A DNA stretch of 31,300 nucleotides from an uncultured Bacilli bacterium (GTDB taxonomy: Bacteria > Bacillota_I > Bacilli_A > RF39 > UBA660), in assembly GCA_947632065.1 (NCBI GenBank), contig CANRNO010000010.1, positions 1 to 31,300 of the forward strand, in the 5' to 3' direction. Each line of letters opens with the position of its first letter. Within the stretch, counting starts at the first letter, position 1. The notes under the pieces are model-generated. The model did no database searches. It was not told the origin of the DNA and saw only the letters and a program-made list of their open reading frames with translations. Shown here in pieces: positions 29,562 to 31,300 of the stretch. The translations under genes were made by a program, and so were the position numbers.

Positions 29562-30569
29562 TTAACTAATACTTTTATATAAATCTTGTAACTCTCCAAG
29601 TTTACTTTGTACTGCCATACTTTGTCTTCTATCTTCATCACTTATTACTACATCACGAGTTTGTTCTTTGATTTTTTCTTTTTGTGCTTTTAATAAGTTA
29701 AGTAATAGTTTGTAGTCTTCTAATGTTAATGCTTCTTCGTATGCTAACATTTCTTTTGTTTTGATAACTTTCTTTTCTTCTTTTGGTTTTTCTTCTACTA
29801 TTACTTCTTTTTTCTCTTCTTCTTTAGTGATTGGTATTATTACAGGTTCTGCTTTAGTAATAGTTGGTGCGATAGCAGGTTTTGGAGTATATCCTCTTCT
29901 AATAAAAGCAGGTGCTTCAACAAAATCTATTTGATTTTTTTCTTTAGCTAATACAGGTTCATTTGTATATACTACTACTTGATTTAATTCCATACCTTTT
30001 CTATTATAAATTACTTTTCTTACTATTTTATAAATTATAGTAAATATTATCCAAGTAATAAATATTACACTACTAATTGTTATTAAAGCTTTTGCTTGTT
30101 CATTTGTATAAATAGAACTTTGTGAGAATATATCTAATTTATTTTTATGAATTGTAATTAATAGTAAAATCATTAAATAATGAAGTATTACAAAGATAGA
30201 ACTATTTACTATTTTAGTTGTAGTATCTTCTTTACCATTTAATGTTGTTATCCACAAGATTATATTTGTTATTATTATGGCGGCAAGGTAAGATGCTAGA
30301 TTTGGAAAACATAATATTACAAATAAATTATTCATCATATAATCAAACATAGTAGATAAATCTTTATAATATATTCCTATTAGGGCAACTACTGTGATTA
30401 AGTAAAACATTATATAAAATTTTCTTTTCATTTTTACATTCATTCTAGTAGTTCTACTTATGAACATTATTAGAAATAATCCAATAACTATCATAACTAT
30501 ATATAAAGCTGAGGATGTAACTATATCTTTTAAAATATTTAAATTTTCTAACATAGTTAATGGTTTCAT
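29562..30569 (-). CDS. Polytopic membrane protein with a Lys/Glu-rich cytoplasmic tail, unknown function
   Basis: 335 aa with about six TM helices, then EEEKKEVIVEEKPKEEKK and a coiled tail. Its ATG overlaps the sortase stop codon by 1 nt (TAATG). Confidence 0.6.
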   Translation of the reverse strand: MKPLTMLENLNILKDIVTSSALYIVMIVIGLFLIMFISRTTRMNVKMKRKFYIMFYLITVVALIGIYYKDLSTMFDYMMNNLFVILCFPNLASYLAAIIITNIILWITTLNGKEDTTTKIVNSSIFVILHYLMILLLITIHKNKLDIFSQSSIYTNEQAKALITISSVIFITWIIFTIIYKIVRKVIYNRKGMELNQVVVYTNEPVLAKEKNQIDFVEAPAFIRRGYTPKPAIAPTITKAEPVIIPITKEEEKKEVIVEEKPKEEKKVIKTKEMLAYEEALTLEDYKLLLNLLKAQKEKIKEQTRDVVISDEDRRQSMAVQSKLGELQDLYKSIS

Positions 30570-31300
30570 TATGATTCCTCCTTTTCTACTTTAGTGTTTT
30601 CAAGTAAGTATATTGTTTGTGCTGTATCATTTTCAAATGTACATGTAATTAATGTTAATGTTCTTTTTTCATAATTTCTATTTATTGTTATTGTACCTGT
30701 TTTGGGTTGTTGTTCTATATTTACTATTTTATATGTATATACATATCCTTTATATGTTACTTTAGCAATATCTCCTATTTTTAATTTATAAAGATATTTA
30801 AAGAATGCTTTGGGTCCTGTACCAGAGTGTCCAGCAATAATTAAGTTTCCTTTTTCTACGTCTGGATAATCTGACTCTTTTAAAACTAATATATTTCTAT
30901 CTACATTATTATATTTAGAATTTCTATCTAAGAAACCTTTACTTAATTTTATAGCTGGAATATCTAAGAATCCAATATATTCATATTTTGTTTCTTCTTG
31001 TTGTACAGGTTGTGATTGTTGTTTTGGTTCTTCTTTTTTCTTTTCTGCTTTAGCAATATCTTTTGGTTTTATTTTTCTATTCATTGTATCGAATGCTAAT
31101 TCATGTTTAGTTTGTATATAATTATATGAGATACAAAATAGACCGATCATTATACAAAGTGTTGATATTAAAACTAAAGTATTTAATCTAAATAAACTTC
31201 TCATTTTCTCTTTAGGTTTAATAAACTTTTTTGGTGATACTTCTACATGCATCTTAGGTGTAGGTTTATTGGATTTCTTTTTCCTTCCTATAAATTTCAT
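30569..31300 (-). CDS. Sortase-family transpeptidase (class not assignable)
   Basis: N-terminal TM anchor, LIIAGHSG (catalytic His) and TLTLITCT (catalytic Cys). The ATG sits at the last bases of the window, so the true start could lie outside it. Confidence 0.75.
   Translation of the reverse strand: MKFIGRKKKSNKPTPKMHVEVSPKKFIKPKEKMRSLFRLNTLVLISTLCIMIGLFCISYNYIQTKHELAFDTMNRKIKPKDIAKAEKKKEEPKQQSQPVQQEETKYEYIGFLDIPAIKLSKGFLDRNSKYNNVDRNILVLKESDYPDVEKGNLIIAGHSGTGPKAFFKYLYKLKIGDIAKVTYKGYVYTYKIVNIEQQPKTGTITINRNYEKRTLTLITCTFENDTAQTIYLLENTKVEKEES

Overview
Very AT-rich chromosomal segment from a low-GC, endospore-forming Firmicute (Clostridia/Erysipelotrichia-like; taxon is inference only). Nearly every gene is on the minus strand.

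The backbone is conserved housekeeping, envelope and sporulation genes:
- spoIIAA-like/sigF followed by spoVAC-AD-AE
- ltaS and gatCAB
- pepD, ligA and pcrA
- a sortase with two paralogous wall-anchored proteins

Two accessory loci interrupt this backbone.

1. Between ligA and pcrA lies a four-gene overlapping operon: a MutS-domain-I-like protein, an Avd-like four-helix protein, a DGR-type reverse transcriptase (IGNMTSQ and YMDD motifs) and an unknown 97-aa protein. A large Ig-repeat surface protein sits next to it. I could not find a template repeat (TR) or variable repeat (VR) by eye, and the usual Avd/RT gap does not exist.

2. The 970-bp intergenic region between a GNAT gene and pepD holds three tandem ~320-bp modules. 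Each has a strong promoter driving a ~100-nt terminator-ended plus-strand RNA. Each also has a convergent 22-aa hydrophobic peptide ORF with a Shine-Dalgarno (SD) site. This is the architecture of type I toxin-antitoxin loci.

Other oddities:
- The sigF operon has no spoIIAB, and its STAS protein lacks the phospho-serine motif.
- The sorting signals are non-canonical (VPNTG / VPNTA).
- The sortase has no Arg after its catalytic Cys.
- A sensor protein carries a degenerate GGDEF motif (DGNEF).

All homology calls come from by-eye motif recognition. No searches were run.
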